Source of the DNA: Eledone cirrhosa | Lineage: Eukaryota | NCBI GenBank assembly: GCA_964016885.1 | Contig: OZ024757.1 | Location: forward strand, 42,160,001-42,224,000 | Direction of reading: 5' to 3' | Length of the DNA stretch: 64,000 nt | In this document: positions 17,910 through 30,926 of the stretch, piece after piece | Position numbering within the stretch: position 1 is the stretch's first letter | Layout of the letters: each line of letters starts with the position of its first letter | Notes under the pieces: generated by a model | What the model was told of the DNA's origin: nothing | Database searches by the model: none | What the model saw: only the letters and a program-made list of their open reading frames with translations | Program-made: the position numbers and the translations under genes

Positions 17910-18665
17910 GACATACAGGGCGACATACGTGGTATATAACTACTGTGGATATACAGGGCTACATATCTGGTATATAACAACTACTGGTGATACACAGGGC
18001 TAATTATGTGGTTTATAACATCTTCTGGTTATATACAAGGCTAATTATGTGGTTTATAACATCTTCTGGTTATATACAGGGCTACATATCTGGTATATAA
18101 CAACTACTGGTGATACACAGGGCTAATTATGTGGTTTATAACATCTTCTGGTTATATACAGGGCTACATATCTGGTATATAACAACTACTGGTGATACAC
18201 AGGGCTAATTATGTGGTTTATAACATCTTCTGGTTATATACAGGGCTACATATCTGGTATATAACATCTTCTGGTTATATACAGGGCTAATTATGTGGTT
18301 TATAACATCTTCTGGTTATATACAGGGCTACATATCTGGTATATAACAACTACTGGTGATACACAGGGCTAATTATGTGGTTTATAACATCTTCTGGTTA
18401 TATACAGGGCTACATATCTGGTATATAACATCTTCTGGTTATATACAGGGCTAATTATGTGGTTTATAACATCTTCTGGTTATATACAGGGCTACATATC
18501 TGGTATATAACATCTTCTGGTTATATACAGGGCTACATATCTGGTATATAACATCTTCTGGTTATATACAGGGCTACATATCTGGTATATAACATCTTCT
18601 GGTTATATACAGGGCTAATTATGTGGTATATAACATCTTCTGGTTATATACAGGGCTAATTATGT
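17910..18665. repeat. 41-bp minisatellite, subfamily 2 (TATACAGGGCTAATTATGTGGTTTATAACATCTTCTGGTTA)
   Basis: About 18 tandem copies with alternating variants. Confidence 0.92.
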
Positions 18666-19456
18666 TGCCTATGTTCATCATCAGAACCATACCAATCCAG
18701 CATTTTTGATTGGTATTTTGTTATTTTATCAACCCCCTAAAAAACAAAACGCAATGTTTATCATGACACAATTTCAACTCTGCAGAGACCCAAAACAAAT
18801 TCACAAACCATTTTGTCCTATATTCTCACAATTTTCTCCTTCAAATACATATAACGCAGAAAACATTTTAATGGAAAATCCTGTAAAAAAAATCTTTCAA
18901 AAACTTAGGAAAAAAAATATATATTTTAAAAAAAAGTATTTATTTTTCCTTAAAATTTCATTTACATTTCTGTTTTCTTTTATTGTTATTATTATTAGCA
19001 ATAATTTTGTTGGGTTTTTTTTTTTTTTGTCAGAAAATTTCTAGCTGTGTGTAATTAGTGTAATTAGAGCAGCAGAAAAAATATTTTGGTAAAATGTTCA
19101 ATCATCAATTGACAAAAAAAAAAAAAAAAAAAGTTTTTTTAAAATATCAAGAAAGACAGAGATCATTGCAAGAGAGAAAGAGTTTGAACTGCTATCATTT
19201 TTTTTCTTTTTTCTTTTTTTTTTTTCTTTATCCAAAGCAATAAGTATTTCAGACTGCAATCATAAAAAAAATTTAAACATGTGGCATCTTTTGATTTAGG
19301 AGAGAAAGAGGAGCAACACAGAGAGAGGGAAGGCAATGCCACAAGGAATAACTGCAACAATCCGATTTTATTTTTGAAAATTTGAAAAAAAAAAAAAAAA
19401 TTTCCACTTAAGTTAAAAAAAAATCAACAGTGACGGCAGATATACCAGTGAGACTG

Positions 19457-22400
19457 CTACTTTTTGGCCAATGGCTTTCCCTTGTCTTTGCCACGCAATT
19501 TTGTGCCTGGAAAAAAAAAAATAATATTTAAGATAATTTAGATATTTTACTGTTGCTCATACACAAAAAATTAGAATACACAGCAACCCCCCCCCCCCCC
19601 CCAATTTTACATATCAAAATTAGTGGTTTATAACAACTACTGGCATTATACAGGGCTAATTATATTGCCTATGTTCATCCTCAGAACCATACCAAAGATG
19701 GTGGATGGATGTTAAATGAGAATGCTGGGGATGGCTCTGAACATTAATCAGTATACACTGAGGATGAAGAACTCAGAGCTGTACGGGAGCCTCCCAAACG
19801 TCAGCTCGAAAGTGACACAGATCAGACTGAAGTTAGCTGGACATGCTCACTTACATCCAGAGTTGACACTGCACTCAGTGATCCTGTGGGAGCCCCTGCA
19901 TGGACACACTGGAAGAGGAAGACCGAGGTTAACATATGTTGATGTCCTAAGGACAGACACTGGTCTCTTGGAAACGCAGGACATGGTAGCGATAATGAGG
20001 GACAGAGACCACTGGAGAGAACTCGTCCATGGATCTCGGGAACTTTACCCGCCCTAGATAGAAAGTTAGCTTGGTACAAGTAATTGGAATTGATAAGTTA
20101 TATATACAGGTATTAAATTCAAAAATTCTAACCATCCTAAAGCTAAAATGCCCAGCTGAGGGTACAAATAAATTGCTACGGCCATCGCTAGGGGTGCCAT
20201 TAAATCCAGTCCTGTACACAAGAGCTGTTAAGTTTATGCTCTGAATATGAGTTAAATAATTGTTTCTACTTTTGGCACAAGGCCAGCAATTATCCCAGTG
20301 TATTACTGGTACTTTATTTTATCGACCTCGTAAGGATGAAAGGCAAAGTTAACCTCGGCGGGATATGAGTTAAATAATGAGAAAATGTATATTACTAAAT
20401 CCATCTTAATTCTTGATTTACAAAATTATTTGAAACACAAGATAATATGGTAACAAAAGGATTATATATATATATATATATATATACTCATACAGGTCGG
20501 CTATATGATGCCTGTGTGAGATGCTGCATGGTAGTGAGACATGGGCAACAACTGTGGAGGATATGCGACGGTTGGAGAGAAATGAAGCAAGCATGCTCCA
20601 ATGGATGTGCAGTGTCAATGTGCGTGAACGACCAAGCATGGACGAATTGAGAGAGAAACTGTGTATAAGAAGGATAAACTGTAGCGTGTGGGAGAGAAGA
20701 CTGGGTTGGTATTGACATGTGATGTGCATGGAGGATGACCGTTGGGTAAAGAAGTGCCAGGAAATCCCAGCAAAAGGAAAACACAGTAGAGGGAAGACAG
20801 AGTAGAGGAAAACCACGAAAAACATGGGTGGAGGTGGTGAGAGCTGAGCTCAGATTGCCGAAGTTCTCAGAGGAGATGATGAAGGACCGTGATGATTGGA
20901 GTGATGTGTTGAAGAGGACATTCCCACTCTTGCAAGCACGGAAAAGCGGACGTAAAATTAATATGATGATGATGATGTATGCATATGCAAATACACACAC
21001 GCACATACATATACACATATGCGTCAACGTGTTCAAAGAAATTCTAGTAATAATATAAAAAAAAAAGAGAAACCTTACCCAAAGCTCTTTCCAATTTCCC
21101 CAGAATTTGCTGGTTTGGAACAGCTTTACCAGATTCATATTCGTTAATCACTTGTTGTTTTTCATTTATTTTCTGGAACATAATAAAAATTCCATCCCAA
21201 TTAGAACATTAAATATATACACCTTTGATGAGTTGTAGTGCACCTGAGCACTGTACGCAATAATTTACATTATATAAACGGTGTATGTACATAATGGTGT
21301 GAGTTTGCGCCTGTGTGTATATCCATACACTCGCACGCATGTGTGTGTATATCATGACTCATACACTGTTTACTTTCCTGACATTTGTACATTATTCTAT
21401 GTACAATAAAGGCACCTTTGATGAGTTGTAGTGCACCTGAGCACTGTACACAATTTTCATTATTATATATTTATTGTTTTTATTGATAACAAACCTGTAC
21501 CCAGAAGGAAGAAAAGCAAAGCTGACTTCAGCAAGATTTGAACTCTGTCAAATAACCCCCCCCCCCCCCCCCCCCTACCATCTTGAAAATGGGACAGACA
21601 CATATTGGAAATTGTAGTCCTGGATACACACTTGTTTGGAAGAAAAGATAGGATAGTCACAACTGAAACAATTTCCAATCATAGGTTTTGTCAGTCAGGG
21701 TCAAGCTATGGTTAACCCTTTAGCATTTAAACTGGCCATATCCGGCTAGAATTCCCTCACCTCTTTCTGTTCAAACTGGCTGTAACTGGGCATTCATACT
21801 GACATTAAGGTAGTGTTCTCAAAATAAATAACATCAAAATCTCAGATTCAATATTATATGAGATAATTATATAAGATAAAGCCTTTACCACAAATATACA
21901 ATAGTATACATAGAGTAATGTAAATGTTATGTGAGATATTATGTGAGGTAAAGCCTTTACCACAAATATACAATAGTATACATAGAGTAATGTAAATGTT
22001 ATGTGAGATATTATGTGAGGTAAAGCCTTTACTTTGAAAATACAATAGTATACATAGAGTAATGTAAATGTTATGTGAGATATTATGTAAGGTAAAGCCT
22101 TTACTGTGAATATACAATAGTATACATAGAGTAATGTAAATGTTATGTGAGATATTATGTAAGGTAAAGCCTTTACTGTGAAAATACAATAGTATATATA
22201 GAGTAATGTAAATGTTATGTGAGATATTATGTGAGGTAAAGCCTTTACCACAAATATACAATAATATATATAGAGTAATGTAAATGTTATGAGATATTAT
22301 GTAAGGTAAAGCCTTTACCACAAATATACAATAATATATATAGAGTAATGTAAATGTTATGTGAGATATTATGTGAGGTAAAGCCTTTACCACAAATATA

Positions 22401-23566
22401 CAATAATATATATAGAGTAATGTAAATGTTATGTGAGATATTATGTAAGGTAAAGCCTTTACCACAAATATACAATAGTACATATAGAATAATGTAAATG
22501 GTAAAGAGTTAAACAAGTTAAGAAGAAAAAAAAAAGAAATCTAAAATAAGAGTCACTTACAGTGGCCAGTTCTTTCTGGGTCATGTTACACCTTTGTCGA
22601 CATTGTTGTATGAGCCGAGACACATCAATGCTGACTTTACTGATATGTAACTCCTCGGTTTCTTGGTCGAGTTTGTTTGCATTGATATTTGCGGCATGTT
22701 GCTTATTTTGACCAGCACTAACTGAAAGTATTAAAATAATGGCATATATTAAACAGAAAAAATCTAAAGTCTGTCTTAACCCTTTAGCTAGCATTTAAAC
22801 CGGCCTGAATTCTCTCTTATTTTGACCAGCACTAACTGAAAGTATTAAAACAATGTCATATATTAAACAGAAGGGGCCATTTATTATATAAGAATGCTAA
22901 CAAAAATCCATCACTATATTTCTGTTACCATATTTCAAATAAAAGACACTGCCTGTGATTTTCAAATAATCAAGCTGACCTTGCACAATAACACTAAGGT
23001 GGTGACACAGTACCATGACCTCTGGTGCTATGAAGTATTACAGAAGACCCGCTCTCTTATATTCTCAGGCTGAGAAGCTGTCGTGTCCCCGACACAACAC
23101 AAGAGTCATTAACTGAAATTTAATTTCATCTTCAAGAACAAATGTAGGTAAGATTATAATTAAAAGAGGAAAGTTCTAGAACTTGATAGAGTTTAATTGA
23201 AAAAAGCAAAACAGTCTTACATCGTTTAGTAGTCTCCACGGCTGCCCCTGTTCTTTGAGCAGTAGTAACAGCCTACAATAGAGATTGAAAACTAAGAATC
23301 AACATGTTAACATAGCACAAATATAGGTTTATATCTACAGTCATTATTTCCTGTGTGGGTTAAAGAGTTTGCTTGGAAGCAACAGTTTCTGCTTCATTTT
23401 CCACTGGATGTTGCTTTAGGCAAATGTCCTCAGTTATAGCTTTGACTTGACCAATGCTTTGTGAGAAGTGGACAGAAAATGCAGATACCTATTGTGTTTT
23501 TATTTTTATATATATATGGATGGTGTACTAGGCTCATGAATGCTTGAAAGCAAGCTCGACCAGATG

Positions 23567-23599
<33 letters not shown>

Positions 23600-26005
23600 G
23601 CACTCAGATCGTCCTGTATAGACATACTTATCTTACAATAAAAAGCACCCAGCCCACCTTATAAACTGGTAGTGCTGGTGCTACAGATATAAAAAAGCTC
23701 CTAGTACATGAGCAAGATATGGTCGCCAGAGCTGTCTAGTCTCATAATATGACAGCTTGTTTAACTCGTACAAATATAGAGAATAGATGTACATTGAACT
23801 TAGGTGTGCTTAAACACAGGGCCCCGTTTGCCTGGAGGGCCCATCTTGCTGCAAAAAACATTTTTTACGATGAATTTTTTGAATATTTTTCATAGTAAGG
23901 GGCCACATAACTTAACTAATACAGGACCTCATTTGTCCTAAATCCGACACTGCAAGGCCTTCCTTCTCCTTCAGTGGGGTTAGATTTCAGGGAAAGGTTG
24001 AACTACCATGTAAAAACTTCCCCGATGGCACTAAACATTTGTATATAATACCATCAACTGTTATTATATACAAATATTCATAAATTTAAATTAATTGAAA
24101 ACTTGAAATATTATTTTTATCCTCCAATCAGAATTATACACAGCATTCTTTACACTAAATTCCAATTCCACAGACTTAACATAAATTTCAATGTCATTCT
24201 TTATTCACACAGACATATATATACATATATGTGTGTGTGCATTCCTGATGATTTCATACGAATGAAGCCTTTTTTCCATATAAATTTCTATCTTGTGAAA
24301 GCAGAAGTTCTTTGCTTAAATTTTAATCAGTACTAATAATAAATACATATATATCCAGGGAGTGTAACTTGGAGTTACTGTAGGTTCACCCAGGTGAGCA
24401 CTCGATGTTTAGGTTCACTTCAGTGTCGAGCTGTAGAGCTAGACAGAGTGTATTATAGTGAAAAGATAACAAGGACGATTGGTTACTCCTTCATTACGTT
24501 TATTGGTTGGTGACGCGTGTTTCGCCACTGATCAGCTCAAGGTTTGATCTGTATCGATCTTATCCGACTCTGTAATCTGCGGCTCGTCGGACCCCTTTTG
24601 ATTTTCTACTAGCATTACAAGCGGTCCGACGAGCCGCAGATTACAGAGTCGGATAAGATTGATACAGATCAAACCTTGAGCTGATCAGTGGCGAAACGCG
24701 CGTCACCAACCAATAAATGTAATGAAGGAGTAACCAATCGTCCTTATCTTTTCACTATATATATATATATATACATGCACAGATTTGCACAGATTTCTAA
24801 TTAACACCTCGCATGTGTGATTTAATTAGGAGTCAGGCATAGCATTAAATAAGGTGCAATACCAGTAATTTACTAATAAAAACGAGTGACAAGGATCCTA
24901 GAATGGACAATATATATCTATATATACAGGGTGTCACCCCCCAAAAATGTATACACATTTTGATTACCTGTACAGGTAATATTTATTAGAATGCACAGCA
25001 TTTCCAAAAAATAAAACGATCTCCAGACATAATTCAATTGTATGTAAACACCCAAAAAATGTTTACATAATTTAAATAATGCATATAAAACAGAATTTAT
25101 TTTAATGCATTTTTTCTACAGTTGAAATGTGTATACATTTTTGGGGACACTGTATATATTGCAAGCAGGGAAAAGCGGACGTAAAATGATGATGATATAT
25201 ATATATGTTTACATAAGTTAAATGATGCATATAAAACAGAATTTATTTTAATATATTGCATATCTTTTGCTGTTGAAGTGTGTATACATTATTTGGGGAC
25301 ATCCTGTATATACAGTATATTCAACAGTCTAGGTTAGGTTCACTGGTGGCGAGAGACAAGAAGCACATGGTATTAAGACGACGAAACAGACAGGTTTCTG
25401 TTTGTCACATAAAAACACAAAAGCAATCGCTTATTTATTAGTGACAACACCAATACTCTATACAATAACTCTCCTGGGGTGTTCTTATCCTTCTAGACAT
25501 TTCTCTACACCTAATTAACTTATATATATTCCAGGTTTATCATACGAGGTGTAAATTAAATGATTGCATCACTCTCAAACAAGTGTTGGTAGTTTTGAAA
25601 AAAATACTGATTCTTTTAATTCTTGTTGTTTCTTTAAAATATGACGAACGCACATCAAAAACATTTTAAGATTGTTTAACTATGTTTGGTAATTATTTAA
25701 AATATGATGTCGATGTATATAAATAGTTTGTGGTGTTGAGAGATGTGAATGTTTGTAAATAGGTAGAAAAATGGTGAAGGAGAGACGAGAGTTAATGAAG
25801 ACATAGCGAGCAGAAGGAGGATAGATTAATATAATTATAATCGAGTATATAGCAAAAATTAAATGTGATGCAGACGATAATATGAGCTGCAGTGAAGTGA
25901 AGTATATTTGTTTGTTACTCATGAGATTACCTGTTTAGATCTAAGCTGTCCAGCCTTGGCTCTCTTACCAATATAAGTGACTTCATTCCAGTCGGACTCC
26001 GCCAT
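19457..26005 (-). CDS. EDF1: Endothelial differentiation-related factor 1 / multiprotein bridging factor 1, 5 exons, 143 aa
   Basis: Exons 26005-25931, 23272-23221, 22721-22561, 21172-21079, 19506-19457 give [88 protein letters not shown]. Confidence 0.97.
19700..20060 (+). mobile_element. RTE-clade LINE 3' fragment, antisense in EDF1 intron 4
   Basis: RLKLAGH..VILWEP.HG...[14 protein letters not shown]...MRDRDHWR, a typical RTE C-terminus. Confidence 0.85.
20490..20980 (+). mobile_element. RTE-clade LINE 3' fragment (frameshifted) with (GAT)n tail
   Basis: [44 protein letters not shown]. Confidence 0.85.
21712..22512. mobile_element. TTAA MITE with about 9 tandem copies of a 72-bp internal unit
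   Basis: Both MITE termini present; GCCTTTAC recurs at 72-bp spacing from 21881. Confidence 0.88.
24355..24759. mobile_element. Fold-back palindrome (about 140-bp arms) plus tail, Penelope-like pLTR derivative, in EDF1 intron 1
   Basis: Arms 24454-24593 and 24623-24759; the tail 24355-24453 matches 26965-27060 in reverse; flanked by TA runs. Confidence 0.78.
24623..24707 (+). ncRNA. Hammerhead-like motif with CCGACGA core and extended loop II (mirror copy minus 24509-24593)
   Basis: GGT-CCGACGA-GCCGC-(50 nt)-GTGGC-GAAA-CGCGCG-TC-ACC followed by AATAAA. Confidence 0.68.
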
Positions 26006-26340
26006 TGCAGATTCTGAGAATACGTTATGACAGATAGAGCAACAACAAGGAGAGAATTAGTGGCTATTTAAGGGTATATAGACACTCAATACTTGTTTAT
26101 AAGGCTGATTACAATATTGAACTGGTTATGGCGAGGGTTAAATGTTACAGAAATTGTTTGTTTTATGAAGGAAGTCGTTCAGATGGTGACACGAGACAAG
26201 CAGCGTTGAGGTAAATGTATCAAAAGCTGGAATGGGAATGACGAAACGAAATTTGTCCATGATAGGGTTGTTTACATTTTAATATTTGATATATATATTT
26301 ATATATATTTCTTTCTCTGCTCGTACATGTGTGTGCCTCA

Positions 26341-26498
<158 letters not shown>

Positions 26499-26529
26499 AC
26501 TCACACAGAATTCTGTCATTACTACTACA

Positions 26530-27062
26530 GAGGTCCAAGGATCTTTTGATTCCAGAGTCAGGCTAGATCGATACAGATCGAACTTCGAGCTGATCAGTAG
26601 CGAAACGCGCGTCACCAACCAATAAACGTAATGAAGGTGTAACCATTCACACTTGTATTATTATATTACGCTCTCGTTTCCCTGGCCTAGTGGTAGGTAT
26701 GGGAGCCGGTGAGCAACCTGGTCAAGGGTTCAATCTCTATCAGGTTCTACACTATGGGTATTATTATTTTTAGGGCGGTGAATTGGCAGTATCGGTAGAG
26801 GGTCGGGTACCATGCTTTGCAGCATAGAGTTACGGACTTTACGGTCTGAGTTCAAATCCCGCCGAGGTTAACTTTGCCTTTCATCCTTACAGGGTCGATA
26901 AAATAAAGTACCAGTAATGCACTGGGTAATTGCTGACCTTGTGCCAAAAGTAGAAAATTATATTACACTGTTTAGCTCTACTCCTGGATACTGACGTGAG
27001 CCTAAACATCGAGTGCTCACCCGGGTGAACCTACAGTAACTCCGCGTTACACTCCCTGGAGA
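26530..27062 (+). mobile_element. Further copy of the same pLTR-like element, interrupted by SINE sequence, between (TA)n tracts
   Basis: GGTCCAAGGA..GCTGATCAGTAGCGAAACGCGCGTCACCAACCAATAAA; tail with TCGAGTGCTC at about 27009. Confidence 0.7.
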
Positions 27063-27261
27063 TGTATATATATATATATATATATATATAAAGGTGCATG
27101 TACTCTACATGCACCTTTGATGAGTTGTAGTGCACCTGAGCACTGTACACAATAATTTCATTAATATTATTATATACACCACCTTCACCACTAATTGATT
27201 TGGCAGATGTCTTTAACCCGTTGATACCAAACATTATTTGGGAAGTAGTTCGTATGTGCAA

Positions 27262-27311
<50 letters not shown>

Positions 27312-27608
27312 TTATGTGTGTATGTCTATATATGTATGTTTGCATGCATGAATGAATACACTAAACTTTAGATTTAGTAGAATGTACAACCACTGCATAT
27401 ATTTTGGTTTCTATTATTTCCCTGGGGAATTGGTTGACCAAATGCTTTGCTTAATTGTTTTATTTTTTATATTTTATTCTTTCTCTTAGACTTCAGGTAT
27501 TTTTTGAAGGCTAAGCATTAGCCCCTCAAATACTACAGTGGGCCCTGCAATGCCACTGTGGGCCTCCTGGGGCCCACTTGCCACTTGGCAACCTGGCCAG
27601 TCCGCCAC

Positions 27609-27642
<34 letters not shown>

Positions 27643-27660
27643 GTGGCGGACTGGCCAGGT

Positions 27661-27727
<67 letters not shown>

Positions 27728-27886
27728 GTTTGTTAAAATAATCAAATTAAATGAATTCAACAGTTAAAGACACATAGGAATAATACGGTTGTTACCAAAG
27801 AGCTAGAAGTTTGACAAGATGACCCTAAATATGGCTAATAGCTCTTGGGAAGCCATGAATGACACCACATCTTTTTAACTTTGATT

Positions 27887-28196
27887 TTGAAAGTAGGTTT
27901 ATAATTATCAATTTTCATTATACTTTTGTAGACGTCTTGGTGGTCTAGTGGAAAGAATCATAGATGGTAGTGTTCCTGGTCTGAAGTTCAATCCTGGTGC
28001 GGAGTAGGGTTGCCAGTAAACCTTTCAGTTTTTTTTCTATGGGTTGTAAAATAAAAACTGAAAAAAGGTTACATGTACCTCTTGATCAGGATTGAACTCA
28101 AGACCAGGAACTCCACAGTCTCTAGTACTTACCACTGGGCCACAGAGAGAGCTACAAAATTCATATGAAAATTCATACTTATAAACCTACTTTCAA
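27887..28196. mobile_element. Degenerate palindromic element with two convergent tRNA-like heads (copy B)
   Basis: Plus strand A box TGGTCTAGTGG 27941 and B box GTTCAATCC 27986; minus strand A box 28132-28142 and B box 28089-28097. Confidence 0.7.
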
Positions 28197-28269
28197 AATT
28201 TTCAAGGATCTATTAACATTTACCAGAACCCTTAACTTCTACTGGCAGAATATATTTTTCTTCTTTTTG

Positions 28270-28560
28270 CCCACTTATTCCCGAGAGGGTCGTGGGTGAC
28301 AGAGTTCTCAAACACTCCTTCCAGTGGGTCCTGTCAAAAGTAACTGTCTCCAAGTCAAGCTCATGGATGTTATCTAACCATCTTGCTCAGGCTTTACCCA
28401 CTGTGTCTCTTGCTGGCTGGTTTTGCCTGTAAAATCTGTTCAGTGATTCTTTCCTGGGACATTCTAATCCCATGCCCATAATATTGAAGCTGTGATCTCT
28501 CAATTTGGTGAAGTAGCGGCTCTACCTGCTACGCACTTTATCAAGTAACGTTACTCCAAA
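28270..28560 (-). mobile_element. RTE-type LINE 3' fragment (decayed); related fragment at about 50850-51020
   Basis: Minus strand IERSQLQYYGHGIRMSQERI..RWLDNI..DRTHW. Confidence 0.65.
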
Positions 28561-30089
28561 GAATATACCAATTGTATTAATTCTGTATTTATCTGGTTTA
28601 GAATAGGCACACTGTATCCATGTGTTGTAAGAGGCAACTGAAATCATTGCTGTCAGAAAGGACATCTGGCTGTAAAACATTGTCTCAAAAAGTGTGTAGC
28701 CTAGTGGTAAGGTTGATGGACTTACAATTGTAATGCCATGGGTTTAATTCCTGGATTGGGTTATGTGTTGTGTTCTTGAACAAAACACTTCATTTCACAT
28801 TGCTCCAGTATACTGAGCTAAAAATGAATACCAGTAATAGCTGGGGGTTTAACCCTGCAATGGACTGGCATCCTGTCCAAGGGAAGTCTTGTACTCTCAG
28901 TCCCTTCACAACAGATTCATGAAGCTGATAAAATATATTCTAACAAAATGAAATCATCATCATCATCATCATCGTTTAACGTCTATCTTCCACACTAGCA
29001 TGGGTTTAGACAGGAATTGTCCCACTTGAGGCAAAATTGGTTGTCTTGCTCGTGTAGGACAGTCTGGCAGGTTTTCTACAGCTGGATGCCCTTCCTAACA
29101 CCAATCACGTTTATAGTGTGGACTGGGAGGTTTTTACCGTGTTACCTACACGGCCACATTACAGCGTGGACTGTGTGTTTCTTTGTCGTGACACCTACAC
29201 GACCTCATTTATTTAGGACTGGATGTAGTGGTACCAACATAACTTTACAGCGAATATATTTAATAGTAAATGGCAGTCATAATGCTGTCTGCAATAATCT
29301 GTTGCATTTTAATAACCATAAACACACATAAAGTGCATCAATCTAGAAGCTTTTTTGAAGTCAGTCTTCACTTTTCTTCTACCCTTTACAGACCATTTTG
29401 AGGTGGGTGAGAGATGTCTTTTAGAGGTTCACAGGTCGGTCATTAGCATTTACATTACTCTATATATATTATTGTATTTTCTTGGTAAAGGCTTTATCAT
29501 AAATAATATCGAATCTATGAGATTTTGGTATTATTTATTTTGAGAACAATATCTTAACATCAGAGCATATTCTAGAATATGTCACTGGCCCCACCCCACG
29601 CTGTTTTTGTTTCATTGGGTTGGCAGAATCGGTAGAACGTCGGACAACCTGATTTTCAGCATAGGGTTACGCCCCTTATATATCATGACTTATGCACTGT
29701 TCACTTTCCTGACATTTGTACATTATTCTATATACTCTACATGCACCTTTGATGAATTGTAGTGCACCTGAGCACTGTTCACAAGAATTTTCATTGTTAG
29801 AAAATGTAAATGACATATCATCGGGAAGTTATTTTTCTGCTTTCTGTCTGTCTCTTTGTTATGTTATGTTCTATTACCATTTATTTTTTATTTTTAACAA
29901 CGGAACCCATGATGACACACCGGGTGTGGGGAGGGGGGGGGAAGAAGCAGAAAAAAAAATATTATCTTAATTCTTTTAATTAAAAAAATAATACTACAGA
30001 AAAAAATTAAAACGATTTTCCTCGTCGTCTGTAAAAACAAAAAGCCCCCCAAAAAACCCAGCCATCAATATTTGCCTCATTTAGTGCGG

Positions 30090-30183
30090 AGCTGTTGGCG
30101 GCCATTACTGAGTGGTGCGCATGCCCAGTGATTAATTCCTGTAGAGGAAGAGGAGGACAGTTAGCGAAGACAACAGTTCTCAG
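30090..30183 (+). promoter_or_regulatory. Probable BAG6 promoter and non-coding first exon
   Basis: GC/CpG patch with YY1-like GCGGCCATT (about 30098) and NRF1-like TGCGCATGCCCA (about 30116), then donor CAG|GTAATT at 30183. The first coding exon has its own acceptor at 36351/36352. Confidence 0.6.
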
Positions 30184-30454
30184 GTAATTTCATCTTTCTG
30201 GCTCCTCTTTTATTACCTCTTCCCTATTTATAAATACTTTACAATATGTCGACAAAAGAAAGTATTAAAAACCCGACCCCAACCAAACCACGAAACCCTT
30301 CCCCACAGAAAAACCTCACAAATATCTCCATCGCTCATCATCAGCAACATTTTTTTTTTAAATTTGAGTTTTAAGATGAAATGTCTTCTTCTCTGATTAA
30401 GATTCTGTGTATATATATATATATATATACCTTCTGTATGTGGTTTAGATTGTG

Positions 30455-30490
<36 letters not shown>

Positions 30491-30891
30491 TATGTGTGTG
30501 TGTGTGTATATATAGCTTCACTGGTTTAGATTGTGTCCGACATAACTCCCTTCTTTCTCTATATGTAGTTTAGAATGTATACACATATATACACATATAC
30601 CTCCTCTATGTGGTTTAGATTGAGTCGGACATAATATATAAATAATTTACTGTATATATATATATATACACACCTTTCTATGTGAAGTTTAGAATGTACA
30701 TATATACACACACACACACATATATTTATATATATATATATAACTATATGTTTGTGGTTTAGTGTGTCCGACATAACCCCCATCTTTCTACCTGTTACTA
30801 AATATTACTAAAATATGTAATGGCACAAACAGGATGGAACGAGAATATTCTAAATCTGTCGAAGATTTAGTTACTATGACATCTACTGATG

Positions 30892-30926
<35 letters not shown>

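Noticed and set aside
17185-18665. 41-bp arrays as a CRISPR-like locus
   Set aside because: Units are contiguous with no unique spacers, no cas genes are present, and the context is eukaryotic.
21805-22516. 148-220 aa repeat ORFs
   Set aside because: Translation of the 72-bp MITE-internal tandem array.
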